A stretch of 64,000 bases of DNA. Origin: Nitrospinota bacterium (GTDB lineage Bacteria; UBA8248). The translations under genes and the position numbers were made by a program. The stretch lies in assembly GCA_030754595.1 (NCBI GenBank), contig JASLZZ010000084.1, positions 1 through 64,000 of the forward strand. Reading direction: 5' to 3'. The notes beneath the pieces were generated by a model, which did no database searches, was not told where the DNA came from, and worked only from the letters and a program-made list of their open reading frames with translations. Positions 48,454 through 58,495 of the stretch are shown here, in pieces (positions within the stretch are counted from its first letter, which is position 1; each line of letters opens with the position of its first letter).

Positions 48454-49596
48454 ATGGCGGACGATGATATTTTAACCGAAGAGCAGAGCATGGTTCGCGG
48501 GATGGTTCGCGATTTTTGCGAGAGCGAGGCCGCCCCGCGTGCCGCCGAGACGGATGCCGGCCGGTTTCCCCGGGAACTGGCCGGAAGGATGGCGGAGCTC
48601 GGGCTGCTCGGAATGACCGTCCCCGCCAGTGAGGGTGGCGGCGGAATGGATGAAGTTTCCCTTGCGCTCGCGATGGAGGAAATTTCGGCGGTATGTCCCT
48701 CGCTGAGCGTGGTCTTCGCCGTGCAAAATTCCCTGGTCTGCGCTCCACTCCACCATTATGGAAACGGGGAGCAAAAGAGGTACATCCTCCGGCCCTTGAT
48801 TTCAGGTGAAAAACTCGGGTGTTTCGGGCTAAGCGAGCCCTCGGCCGGCTCGGACGCCGCCGCCCTCCGGACGGCGGCAACGCGCACCGGCGGCGGCTGG
48901 CGAATCAACGGGGCCAAGCGTTTTATATCGAACTCGAAAGAGGCCGATCTCTGCATCATTTTCGCCCTGACGGACCGGGAACTTGGCCACAAAGGGATTA
49001 GCGCCTTCATCGCCGATACGGGCGCCTCGGGGTTCGAGGTGGGCCGCCTCGAGGAGAAATTGGGCCTCGGCGGAAGCTCGGCCTGCGACCTGAGATTCGA
49101 GAACCTCGAGGTAGGCGGCGAATGCCTTCTTGGCGAGGAGGGGCAGGGCTTTGAGATCGCGATGACCATCCTCGACGCCGGGCGCATCGAGGTGGCGGCC
49201 CAGGCCGTGGGCTTCTCGAGGACCTGCCTGGACGCCTCCGTCGCCTATGCCCGGGAACGCGAATCCTTCGGACGGCCCATCGCCGGGCACCAGCCGATCA
49301 AGTGGAAAGTCGCCGACATCGCGACGGATATCGACGCCGCCCGGCTCCTCTACCTCCAGGCGGCCCGGCTCAAGGACGCGGGCCGGCCCTTCTCGGCCGA
49401 GGCCGCGATGGCGAAGGTATTCGCCTCGGACATGGCCCAGCGCGCCACGAGCGAGGCCGTCCAAATCCACGGCGGGAACGGCTACATGAGAGACTACCCG
49501 GTCGAGAGATTCTTCCGCGCCGCCAAGGCGACCCAGTTATACGAAGGCACCAACGAGATCCTCCGCCAGCTCATCGCCAAGCACCTCCTCTCCTAG
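48454..49596 (+). CDS. Acyl-CoA dehydrogenase
   Basis: LSEPSAGSDA, INGAKRFIS, QIHGGNGY, YEGTNEI. Confidence 0.92.
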   Translation: MADDDILTEEQSMVRGMVRDFCESEAAPRAAETDAGRFPRELAGRMAELGLLGMTVPASEGGGGMDEVSLALAMEEISAVCPSLSVVFAVQNSLVCAPLHHYGNGEQKRYILRPLISGEKLGCFGLSEPSAGSDAAALRTAATRTGGGWRINGAKRFISNSKEADLCIIFALTDRELGHKGISAFIADTGASGFEVGRLEEKLGLGGSSACDLRFENLEVGGECLLGEEGQGFEIAMTILDAGRIEVAAQAVGFSRTCLDASVAYARERESFGRPIAGHQPIKWKVADIATDIDAARLLYLQAARLKDAGRPFSAEAAMAKVFASDMAQRATSEAVQIHGGNGYMRDYPVERFFRAAKATQLYEGTNEILRQLIAKHLLS

Positions 49597-50219
49597 GCGG
49601 GCCCCCCAGGGCGAAAATTTCGGTCTCGTTCATAACGCCTTTAATAAAAATAGCTTGAATGTGAGTGCCATGCGGCTTGAATCTATAAACTCACGGCTCG
49701 AATCCAAAGGCCCCTCCGCGGGAGGCCCGCCCCGAATCCGTCCAACCGGTTTCAACTACTTTTCTATCAATCTGTTATGGGTGCATGAGCGGTCTTTTCA
49801 GGTGAGGTGTAGGATGGGGTGCCCGCCGGGGCCAGCGGGAGGGGGAGGTCCCCGGCCAGCCCCTCGGACTTCGCCTCTCGCGCTTTTCTCATCCAGAGAT
49901 CGAATTTTCCGGGATCAAGTCAACAATCGGGAAAGTCTTCGTCCCGCGCGCCCGGACCGGCCCCGCCGGGGGAGGACGCGCGGGGTCACAGGCGGTTTTG
50001 TGATCGGAGGGAGATCAATCATTTGCGCCCCAAAATGGAGAAAATCGCTTTTTCATTAGCCGGTTATAGGCTTCCCGGCGGGAGGCGGCGCGGAGGAAGG
50101 AAAATTAGGCCGGATTTTGCTAGATTGAAAACAACGACACATTATTCCGGAAAAGAGCGGTGATGCCGTAATTCCTTTCAACCGGAACCAACATGCAACC
50201 ATTCATAAGGGCTTAAAAC

Positions 50220-51254
50220 ATGGACAAGAAAATCGCGGTGCTCGGCACAGGCGCCATCGGAAGCAGCGTGGCCGCCGACCTCACGAAAGCGGAATACGAT
50301 GTGACCATCGTCGACCAGTGGGCGGAGCACGTCGAGGCGATGAAAAAAAATGGCCTGCACATCGAGCTGCCGGACATGGAACTGAAAGTGCCGGTGAAAG
50401 CCTGCCACCTTTACGAAATGGCCTCGTCGAATCCCGAGTTCGACATCGTATTTCTCTGTGTAAAATCCTACGACAGCCGCTGGATGGTTGAGTTCATCAA
50501 ACCCTATTTAAAGAGCGACGGCGTGCTCGTCGGCCTTCAAAACAGCCTGAACGACGATTCGCACGCCTCCATCCTCGGCCGTGAGCGGGTGGTGGGCTGC
50601 GCCATCGAGCTTTCGGCGGAAATCTTCACACCCGGCCTGGTGCAGCGTAACACCAGCCATGCGGGCACCTGGTTCGGCCTCGGCGAACTCGACGGGTCCG
50701 TTACTCCCCGGGTCAAGGAGCTTCAGGAAATCCTGAGTCACGTAGCCAAAGTGGATATCACCCAAAATATTTACGGGGCAAGGTGGACAAAGCTCCTGGC
50801 CAACTCGATGACGATGGGACCATACGGCCTCCTTGGCATCCAGAACGCCGAGGCTGTGAAGATGGACGGGATGCTTGAAATACAAATGCACCTCGGCAAG
50901 GAATCAATGGAAGTGGGCACCGCGATCGGCCATAGCATAGAACCTGTTTTCGGTCTGAACGCGGACGACTTCGCCGGCTCGGACGATCAGGTGTTGATGA
51001 CGGCGATGAAAACGCTGATGAGTCATGTCGGCACACGCGCTAGAACCGCCCCGATTCAGGATCACATCAAGGGCCGCAGGAGCGAGATGGCGTTCATCAA
51101 CGGCCTGGTGTCGAGCAAGGGACGAGAGGTCGGAATACCGACGCCCTATAACGACGCCGTGACCGAAATCGCCCTCGATATCGACAAGGGCAAACTCAAA
51201 ATGGATAGATCGAACTTTGAAATTCTACAGGCGAAGATAGCCGAGTCTCGTTAG
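50220..51254 (+). CDS. Ketopantoate reductase (PanE/ApbA) family protein
   Basis: LGTGAIG, VKSYD, LQN, WTKLLAN, QD..KGRRSE...ING, PTPYN. Confidence 0.85.
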   Translation: MDKKIAVLGTGAIGSSVAADLTKAEYDVTIVDQWAEHVEAMKKNGLHIELPDMELKVPVKACHLYEMASSNPEFDIVFLCVKSYDSRWMVEFIKPYLKSDGVLVGLQNSLNDDSHASILGRERVVGCAIELSAEIFTPGLVQRNTSHAGTWFGLGELDGSVTPRVKELQEILSHVAKVDITQNIYGARWTKLLANSMTMGPYGLLGIQNAEAVKMDGMLEIQMHLGKESMEVGTAIGHSIEPVFGLNADDFAGSDDQVLMTAMKTLMSHVGTRARTAPIQDHIKGRRSEMAFINGLVSSKGREVGIPTPYNDAVTEIALDIDKGKLKMDRSNFEILQAKIAESR

Positions 51255-51408
51255 GGAGCCTCCAGGAACCGCTTAATTTCCCGGGATACCAAGGGGAGGT
51301 TTCGGACTAACGGAGGAGGGTCGCTCTTCATTTTCCTGCCCGGGCGGCCGGACGTGTCCCGGCATTCCGGCGCGGTTGAATCGCGGAGCGCGGCCCCCGC
51401 CCCTCCTG

Positions 51409-52260
51409 TCAGACGTGAATCCGATCGTTGAGAGAAAAATCGGCCTCTATCGGGGAATGATCGCTCAACCTGTTCACCCTGGCGGCCTCGAGGTAGCGGC
51501 ACCGGACCGCGTTCAGCGAATCCGAGGCGAAAATATGGTCGAACCTTCTTCCCGGGGCCTTAGTTTTCTTTCGAATCGGATACCAGCTGAAATCCCGCGC
51601 CTCCCATCCACGAAGCGCCCGGTACACATCCGGAAGATCGTATTTTCCCAATCCCGCCATGATGTTGCGCTCAGCCGCGTCCCAGCGCGCGCCGTCCCCG
51701 TTCCGGAACCGCTTCCGCGTCACGGCCTCGCCGTCCGACCGTATCCGCTGGGCCCAAGTGACGATCTCTCCCGACGGGTATTCTTCCTGCGGGGCGTTGA
51801 AATCCCCGCATAAAATACGGGGCCGCTTCGTTTTCCTGGAAAGACCCCGGTAAATTCCCTCGAGCGTTTCCACCTTCTTCCATCCATTCGTCGAGCCGGG
51901 CGGAATATAGGCGGCGTGCAAATCGAAAGAAATTTCCGGGCCTTCAATCGAGACGGACAGAAACTTTTCCTTCCACGGAACCCGGAAATTTTTCCGGCGA
52001 ATCAATCCGACGGGATACCTAGAGGCGATCATCACCCCGTACCGCCTCGGCCCCTTTAACAGCGATGAATTCCGGAACGACTCGAAACTGTCATGGATGA
52101 ACGGGAGTCCGATTTCCCGGAAACCTTCGCGAAACAGCGGAACGCTATTGGGGGTCACTTCCTGGAGGGCGATGAGGTCCGGTTTTCTTTTCCGAAGGAA
52201 TTCCACCAGATGGGCGACCCTTCGGGTCCGGGCGTTCGTATTCCAGGAAATCAATCGCAT
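51409..52260 (-). CDS. Endonuclease/exonuclease/phosphatase (EEP) family protein
   Basis: ISWN, LQEV, CGDFN, FDHI, SDH. Confidence 0.88.
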   Translation of the reverse strand: MRLISWNTNARTRRVAHLVEFLRKRKPDLIALQEVTPNSVPLFREGFREIGLPFIHDSFESFRNSSLLKGPRRYGVMIASRYPVGLIRRKNFRVPWKEKFLSVSIEGPEISFDLHAAYIPPGSTNGWKKVETLEGIYRGLSRKTKRPRILCGDFNAPQEEYPSGEIVTWAQRIRSDGEAVTRKRFRNGDGARWDAAERNIMAGLGKYDLPDVYRALRGWEARDFSWYPIRKKTKAPGRRFDHIFASDSLNAVRCRYLEAARVNRLSDHSPIEADFSLNDRIHV

Positions 52261-52519
52261 GAATCGCTCTCTGAAAAACTGACGCGCCGCATCGAAAAGG
52301 CCCGTTTCAAATATCCGGGGTTGTGTTTAAAAACCGGTATTTCCCGAATGGTAGCTTGAATAGCGCCATTCTAGCCTCGAATGGCGTCTTCATGACAAGG
52401 CTTTCAACTGTGCGCCCGAATCGGCCCCGCGCCACCCCACGCCCCCTGCCGGTTTGCTATGATAAATCTCAGTATAGATGGCCCGGCGTTTGGCTGGCCC
52501 GGCTTTTATCCAATAATTC

Positions 52520-52987
52520 ATGGATGAAAACGAAATGCTCCACCTCGCGCTCTACCGCCCCGCGATACCGCAGAACACCGGAAACATCGGCCGCCTCTGC
52601 GTCGGGATGCGGGCGCACCTCCACATCATCCGGCCCACCACTTTCGAACTCTCGGACAAGACGCTGAAGCGGGCGGGGCTCGACTACTGGGGGGACCTCG
52701 AATACACCGTCCACGAGAGCGCCGATCATTTCCTGGGCTGGCTGGGCGGGCGGGAGCCCTGGCTGATTACCAAGCTGGGCGACCTGCGCTACGACAAGGC
52801 CCCGTACGAGGACGGGGACGTGCTCATCCTCGGGAACGAGAACACCGGGCTGCCCGGGGCCTGGCACGAGCGCTGGCCGGGCCGCCGGGTGTTCGTGCCG
52901 ATCATCGGCCCCATCCGCTCCTACAACGTCGCCAACACCGCCGCGATCGTCTTGGCGCAAGGGATGTTGAGCGTGAACGGTGGGTGA
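52520..52987 (+). CDS. trmL: tRNA (cytidine/uridine-34-2'-O)-methyltransferase, SPOUT family
   Basis: PAIPQNTGNIGRLC, LKRAGLDYW, G.E..GLP, RSYNVAN. Confidence 0.9.
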   Translation: MDENEMLHLALYRPAIPQNTGNIGRLCVGMRAHLHIIRPTTFELSDKTLKRAGLDYWGDLEYTVHESADHFLGWLGGREPWLITKLGDLRYDKAPYEDGDVLILGNENTGLPGAWHERWPGRRVFVPIIGPIRSYNVANTAAIVLAQGMLSVNGG

Positions 52988-53045
52988 GGGGAAGATAAGT
53001 TTGAACGGCGGATGTGGCTAGACTGCCGGGGATCGTACCCGTGAC

Positions 53046-54017
53046 TCACTCCCCCGCCATCTCCATCATCTTTCGGGCCATCCCGGCGGTGACGTTTCCG
53101 CCGGTGACGCAGGCGACGGTCTTGCGGCCGGTGTCCACCTTGCCCGCCAAAAACCCGGCGGCGGCGACGGCCCCGGCGGGCTCGGCCATGATCTTCGCGC
53201 GCATGAGCAGCGAGCGGAAGGCGCGGGCGATGTCGGCCTCGGAGACGAGTACAATCCCGTCCAGATATTTCTGGATGTGGCGAAACGGAAACGCCCCGGG
53301 CCGGACGGCGGAGAGTCCGTCGGCGACGGAGTCCCAGTAGTCGATGGCGGTGGGCTCTCCCTTTTGAAGGGAGACGTAGGCGGCGTTCGCCCGCTCGGGC
53401 TGGACGCCGACGACGCGGACGTCCGGAAGCGTCTCCTTGATCGCCGCCCCTACCCCGGCGGCGACTCCGCCGCTGCTCACCGGGACGAGGACGGTCTCCA
53501 CATCCGGCATGTCCTCGGCGATTTCGAGGCCGAGGCTCCCGTGGCCGGTGGTTCCCATCGGCTCCTCCCAGGTGTCGATGGCGGTCATCCCGCGCTCTTC
53601 GGCGATTCGCTCGACGGCGGGCTGGCGGCCGAGGGCGTCCTCGCCGCAAAAAACCACCTCGGCCCCGTAGCCCTTGGTGGCGGCGACCTTGTAGGGGCTG
53701 GTGCGGTCGAGCATGACGACGGTGACCGGCGCCCCCATCAACCCGCCCGCGAAGCCGAAGGCCTGGGCGAAATTTCCGGACGAGGTGAGGACCACCCCCT
53801 TCCGGCGCTCCTCGGGGGAGAGGGCGCCCAGGATCGTGAACGCGGCGCGGACCTTGTAGGCGCCGGTGACCTGGAGGTTCTCGGCCTTGAGGAAAAGTCG
53901 CTCGGCGCCCACATCGGGGGAGTCCGCGGAAAAGGGAATAATGGGGGTCCGCCGGACGGCGGGGGGGAGCGCCGCGCGCGCTTTCTCGATCTCGGCGAGC
54001 GTGACGAACCTGTCCAT
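53046..54017 (-). CDS. PLP-dependent threonine/serine dehydratase family
   Basis: KAENLQVTGAYKVR, SSGNFAQA, EPAGA, GGN. Confidence 0.9.
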   Translation of the reverse strand: MDRFVTLAEIEKARAALPPAVRRTPIIPFSADSPDVGAERLFLKAENLQVTGAYKVRAAFTILGALSPEERRKGVVLTSSGNFAQAFGFAGGLMGAPVTVVMLDRTSPYKVAATKGYGAEVVFCGEDALGRQPAVERIAEERGMTAIDTWEEPMGTTGHGSLGLEIAEDMPDVETVLVPVSSGGVAAGVGAAIKETLPDVRVVGVQPERANAAYVSLQKGEPTAIDYWDSVADGLSAVRPGAFPFRHIQKYLDGIVLVSEADIARAFRSLLMRAKIMAEPAGAVAAAGFLAGKVDTGRKTVACVTGGNVTAGMARKMMEMAGE

Positions 54018-54111
54018 GCGCGGGTCTCCCTGATAGATTATCGAGGGACATTCTAGCAGAACGGCCCATGGACGTGCGCCCCTCGCCCGTGCTCATGGAG
54101 AGGTTGTCGAG

Positions 54112-55026
54112 ATGACTGGTCCTGAGATCGCCCGGCTGGTGGACTCGGTGAGGGAGGATGAACTGAGGCGGTGGGTGGAGCGGCTCTCGTTTCTCCGCCA
54201 CGGCCAGCTGAACCCGGAAGCGCTCGAGGAGGCGGGCCGCATGGTCGAGGAGCGCTTCGCGGAGCTGGGCATGAAGTCCGAGCGGCAGGTGTTCGAGTAC
54301 CGGGGGAGGGCCTTTTTCAACGTCGTGGCCGAGCTGCCGGGGCGGGAGGCGGGGCTTCCCCCGTTTCTCGCCGGGGCGCACTACGACGCGGCCTGGGGCT
54401 CGCCCGGGGCGGACGATAACGCGAGCGCGGTCGCGGCGATGCTGGTGGCGGCCGGAGCGCTGGCCGGGGGGGGCCTGGCCGGGCATGCGCCGCGGAGAAC
54501 GATCCGCTTCGCGGGCTTCAGCATCGAGGAGCCCCAGGACGAGCGCGACCGGCGCTGCCGCCACGGGAGCCGCCACTTCGCCCGGCGCGCGTTTTGGGGG
54601 CGAGAGCGCTACGCGGGGGTTTTCATCCTCGAGTCGGTGGGCTACACCGATCCCGCGCCGGGGAGTCAGCAGGTTCCCCTGAACCTGCCGCTCGCGGTGC
54701 CGGAGGCGGGAACATTCCTCGGGGTGGTGGGAAACCGCCGGGCGAAAAAAATGATGGCACTATTCACTCGCGCGGCACGGGAGTACGCCCCCGATCTCAA
54801 GGTCGTCTCCCACCGCTTTCCGCTGGCCGGGTGGCTGGTCCCCGCTACCCGGATGAGCGACCACGCGCCGTTTTGGGACCGGGGCTACCCTGCGGCGATG
54901 CTGACGGACACGGCGTTCTTGAGGAACCCGAACTATCACCGCGCCTCCGACCGGCCCGAGACGCTCGACTACGCCTTCATGGCGAACGTGACGCGGGCGC
55001 TCGCCGCCGCGATGGCCGAGGGGTGA
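54112..55026 (+). CDS. M28-family peptidase
   Basis: GAHYD, GADDNAS, EE, SDHAPFW, YHR..D. Confidence 0.88.
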   Translation: MTGPEIARLVDSVREDELRRWVERLSFLRHGQLNPEALEEAGRMVEERFAELGMKSERQVFEYRGRAFFNVVAELPGREAGLPPFLAGAHYDAAWGSPGADDNASAVAAMLVAAGALAGGGLAGHAPRRTIRFAGFSIEEPQDERDRRCRHGSRHFARRAFWGRERYAGVFILESVGYTDPAPGSQQVPLNLPLAVPEAGTFLGVVGNRRAKKMMALFTRAAREYAPDLKVVSHRFPLAGWLVPATRMSDHAPFWDRGYPAAMLTDTAFLRNPNYHRASDRPETLDYAFMANVTRALAAAMAEG

Positions 55027-55094
55027 GCCTCGATTGGGGTGAACTCCGCTCCGGGACAGGCTCCGCAACGAGGTAAGGATCTCTAGAGGACGAT

Positions 55095-56669
55095 GTGAAT
55101 TTCACGGGCTGGATGTACGACATCGCGCGGGAGCAATCGCCGGGCGAGGACTATCTGCTCGAATTGATCGGGCGCTCGGCCGGGGCCGGCTATAACGCGG
55201 TGGGCCTTTACCTCGAGCACCGCTTCGCCTACCCCTCGGCCCCCTGGGCGGCAGGGCCGGGCTGCCTGACGCCGGAGACGGCGGGGCGGCTGTCGAAGGC
55301 GGCGCGGGAGTTCGGGGTCCGCCTCATCCCCTTTTTAAATACGCTGGGCCACATGGAGGGATTCATCCGGGCCGAGGGGGGCCAGTGGCTTGCCGAGGCG
55401 CCGGGGCGGGGGGTTTTGCAGATTTGCCCGAGCCGGGAGGAGTGCCGCGAGTTCGCCTCCGGCCTCGTGGCCGACGCGGCGGCGGCCTTTGACGACGAAT
55501 GGATCCACCTGGGCGGGGACGAGACGCATCAACTGGGCGAGTGTCCCCGCTGCCGGGAGCGGGCGGCGGAGATCGGCGAGGTGGGCCTTTATGCCGAGTT
55601 CTATGGGAGACTCTGCCGCGAGGCGATCGCCCTCGGGCGGCGGCCCTGCCTCTGGGGTGACATGCTCGCCAAGTATCCCGATGCGCTCGGCGGGATTCCC
55701 CCCGAGACGGTGATTTTCGACTGGAACTACGAGGAGGCTCCCTCGGAGACGAGCGCGATGTTCCGCGAGCGGGGCTTTGATGTGGTGCTCTCCTCGGCGG
55801 TGCGCTCCTACGACGCGAACTGGTGTTTCCTGGACGATACCCGCCGGGTGATCGACTCCCACCGGGAGGAGGCCCAAAGGGCCGGCGCGGACCAGTCCGG
55901 CACAGAGCAATCCGGCGCCCGCAGGGCCGGGCAGCTTGTTTGCGCCTGGGAGTTTTTCGGGTTCTCCCCGTTCGAGTCGGTCCTGCCGGTGGTGATGGCG
56001 GCGGGCCGGCGGATTTCGGCGGGTGAAGAGTGGGGGGCCGCGCTCGAGGCCGAGGGCGGCGAGGCGTTCGCCCGCGCGGTCGAGATTCTTGGGAGTGAAA
56101 TCCCCCGGCTCTCCCCGTTTCTCGCGCCGGGGGGGTGGCGCTCGCTCCGCGAGCCGCTCATCAAGCAGGGCGACCCTTTTCGCCTCTGGCGGGCCTGGCG
56201 GGAGGACGCCTGCAGTAGAGTGGGCGATAGGGTCCTCGAGGCGCTGGAGGAGGCGGGCGATCTTATCGGGCCGGAGAGCCCCGGGCCGGAAAACCCGCTC
56301 CGCTTCCCGGTGGATTTTCACCGCGCCTGTCTGGAGTGGGTGCGCCTGGTGGAGCGGGCGGCGGAGCGATACGCCGCCGGAAATGTGGAGAGCGCGGCGG
56401 CGCTATTGGGCGAGGGCGCGCGCGTCCTCGTCCGGCTCAGGCCGGGGCTCGAGAGGATCGCGGCGGGCGGGGGCTCCGGGGCCGACCCCCTCCGGCTGGA
56501 CGGCCTCCTCGAGGCGATCGAGCGCGCCCAGGGCAACCTCCGCGCCGCCCCTGAAACCGGCGGCGGCAGGCCCGCCTTCGAGATACTCACCCAGGCGGGA
56601 TACATCCCCGGCGATCAGGCGGGCTGGCCGGCCGAGGGGACGGCCTCGGGCTGGCGGGAGCGCGGCTAG
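55095..56669 (+). CDS. GH20-like glycoside hydrolase (beta-N-acetylhexosaminidase-like)
   Basis: DIAR, IPFLNTLGH, catalytic HLGGDE, WGDM, DWNY. Confidence 0.75.
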   Translation: MNFTGWMYDIAREQSPGEDYLLELIGRSAGAGYNAVGLYLEHRFAYPSAPWAAGPGCLTPETAGRLSKAAREFGVRLIPFLNTLGHMEGFIRAEGGQWLAEAPGRGVLQICPSREECREFASGLVADAAAAFDDEWIHLGGDETHQLGECPRCRERAAEIGEVGLYAEFYGRLCREAIALGRRPCLWGDMLAKYPDALGGIPPETVIFDWNYEEAPSETSAMFRERGFDVVLSSAVRSYDANWCFLDDTRRVIDSHREEAQRAGADQSGTEQSGARRAGQLVCAWEFFGFSPFESVLPVVMAAGRRISAGEEWGAALEAEGGEAFARAVEILGSEIPRLSPFLAPGGWRSLREPLIKQGDPFRLWRAWREDACSRVGDRVLEALEEAGDLIGPESPGPENPLRFPVDFHRACLEWVRLVERAAERYAAGNVESAAALLGEGARVLVRLRPGLERIAAGGGSGADPLRLDGLLEAIERAQGNLRAAPETGGGRPAFEILTQAGYIPGDQAGWPAEGTASGWRERG

Positions 56670-58354
56670 CCCCGCTGTTTCACGGCGTCCTTGCGCCGGG
56701 GCTCGGGGTAGATGTCGGCGTCGATGATCACGTCCACCAGAACGGGCTTGTTCTGCTTCAACGCTTCCGAGTAGACATCCTCCAGCTCGCTCGGGTCCTC
56801 GACCCGGTAGCCGACGGCCCCGAAGGCGCGCGCGTAGTCGTCGAAGCGGGGGTTGCCGATGGCGTCGCCGATGTAGCGCTCGTTATAGAAGTGGTTCTGG
56901 TAGGCCCGCTCGGAGCCCAGGTTGTGGTTGTTGAGGATGATGGTCACGGTGTTGAGCTTCTCGCGGACGGCGGTTTCGAGCTCGGCCCCGTTGAAGAGGA
57001 AGGCGCCGTCCCCGCTGATGGTGACGACGGGGCGGTCTGGGCAGGCGAGCTTCGCCCCCAGCCCGAGGGGGTAGCCGATACCGATGGCGGCCAGGTCCTG
57101 CGGGGCGAGAAAGCTGCGAGGCCGGTCGAACTGGTGGTACTCGTAGACGTAGCCCGCCGCGCTCCCGGCGTCGAGCGTGATAATGGCGTTCTGGGGAATC
57201 ACCTTGGCGAGGGCCATCTGCGCCCGGCGCGGGTCGATGGGCTTGGCGCCGTAGGTCAGGCCTTTTTCACGGTGGGCGCTCTGTGCCGCCATGACCTCAT
57301 CCGCGCGGCGTTTCCAATCCGAACCAGACCCTTCCGCAGCGGAGCTATTGTCTCCCGTGAGGGCGAGCAGCCCTTGCAGTACGAGTCCCGAATCGCCGAT
57401 GAGGCCGACCTCGGCCGGGTAGTGGCGCTCGACGCTTTTCTGATCGTGGGCCGCATGGATCAGTTTCGTCCCCTCGCCGAGGAAAGTGTCCCGCAGGAAG
57501 GTGGTGCTGTGGGCGAGCCGGGTCCCCACGGCCAGGACGACGTCGGCCTCCTTGAAGAGCGCGCCCGCCTCGGGGATGGTGCCGCGCCCGATCGAACCCA
57601 GGAAAAGCGGGTGGGCGGTCGGAACCACGTCGTCCCTGCCCGTCGAGGTCATGATCGGCGCGCCGAGGGCCTCGGCCAGCGCGATGAGATCGTCGGTCGC
57701 CTCGGCCCAGATGACTCCGCCCCCCGCGAGGATGAGGGGCCGCGCCGCTTTTTTTAGCAGCTCGGCCGCCTCGGCGAGCCTCGCCGGGTCGGCCCCGGCC
57801 CGGGGGAGATCGTCTGAGCCGCGGCTGTTCAGCCGGGGGACATCCACATCCTCGAGCATGATGTCGCGCGGGATGTCGAGGTGAACCGGCCCCGGAACGC
57901 CCGAGATTGCCGTGTGATAGGCCTCGCGGACGAGATTGGCCGTCTGCCCGGCCTTCCGCACCTGGATGGTTCGCTTGACGACGGGCGCGAACATCGCCAG
58001 GTGATCGATTTCCTGGGTGGACTCGTAGAACATGTCCTTCGTCATCGGCGCGCCCGTGATGACGACGACCGGGCTCTGCGCCAGCTTGGCGTGGGCCACC
58101 CCGGTGATGAGGTTGGTGGCGCCCGGCCCGTTTGTCGCCATGCAGACGCCGGGGGATCCGGTAAGGCGGCCGTGGGCGCTCGCCATCAGCGCTCCGCTCT
58201 GCTCGTGGCGCACGGTGACGAACCCCAGGTCCTCCCGGCCGTACATGCCGTCGAGAATTTCGACCAGGCACGAACCCGCCATCCCGATGACGTTTCGCAC
58301 CCCCAGTTGAGCAAGCGACTCGGCTACCGCGTATCCCGCAGACATCTTGGCCAT
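56666..58354 (-). CDS. ThDP-dependent enzyme, acetolactate-synthase-like (possibly Xsc-related)
   Basis: GMAGS, VRHEQ, NGPGATN, GPVHLDIPRD, SGDGAF...NN...GSE. Confidence 0.88.
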   Translation of the reverse strand: MAKMSAGYAVAESLAQLGVRNVIGMAGSCLVEILDGMYGREDLGFVTVRHEQSGALMASAHGRLTGSPGVCMATNGPGATNLITGVAHAKLAQSPVVVITGAPMTKDMFYESTQEIDHLAMFAPVVKRTIQVRKAGQTANLVREAYHTAISGVPGPVHLDIPRDIMLEDVDVPRLNSRGSDDLPRAGADPARLAEAAELLKKAARPLILAGGGVIWAEATDDLIALAEALGAPIMTSTGRDDVVPTAHPLFLGSIGRGTIPEAGALFKEADVVLAVGTRLAHSTTFLRDTFLGEGTKLIHAAHDQKSVERHYPAEVGLIGDSGLVLQGLLALTGDNSSAAEGSGSDWKRRADEVMAAQSAHREKGLTYGAKPIDPRRAQMALAKVIPQNAIITLDAGSAAGYVYEYHQFDRPRSFLAPQDLAAIGIGYPLGLGAKLACPDRPVVTISGDGAFLFNGAELETAVREKLNTVTIILNNHNLGSERAYQNHFYNERYIGDAIGNPRFDDYARAFGAVGYRVEDPSELEDVYSEALKQNKPVLVDVIIDADIYPEPRRKDAVKQRG

Positions 58355-58495
58355 CGTATCCTACCGGCTAAATCATGCCGTTGTTTTAAGCCGTTTAAAT
58401 GAAATGAATGGGATTTTGACCCTCGAAACGAGACTAGGCCGCGTCAGGAGGCATGTCAAGGAAGCGGGGCGAAGCGGCGGAGCGGGCTCCTCCGC

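Noticed and set aside
52921..54576. 551-aa minus-strand ORF and similar Arg/Pro/Gly-rich long ORFs
   Set aside because: Off-frame overlaps of well-supported genes with no domain motifs
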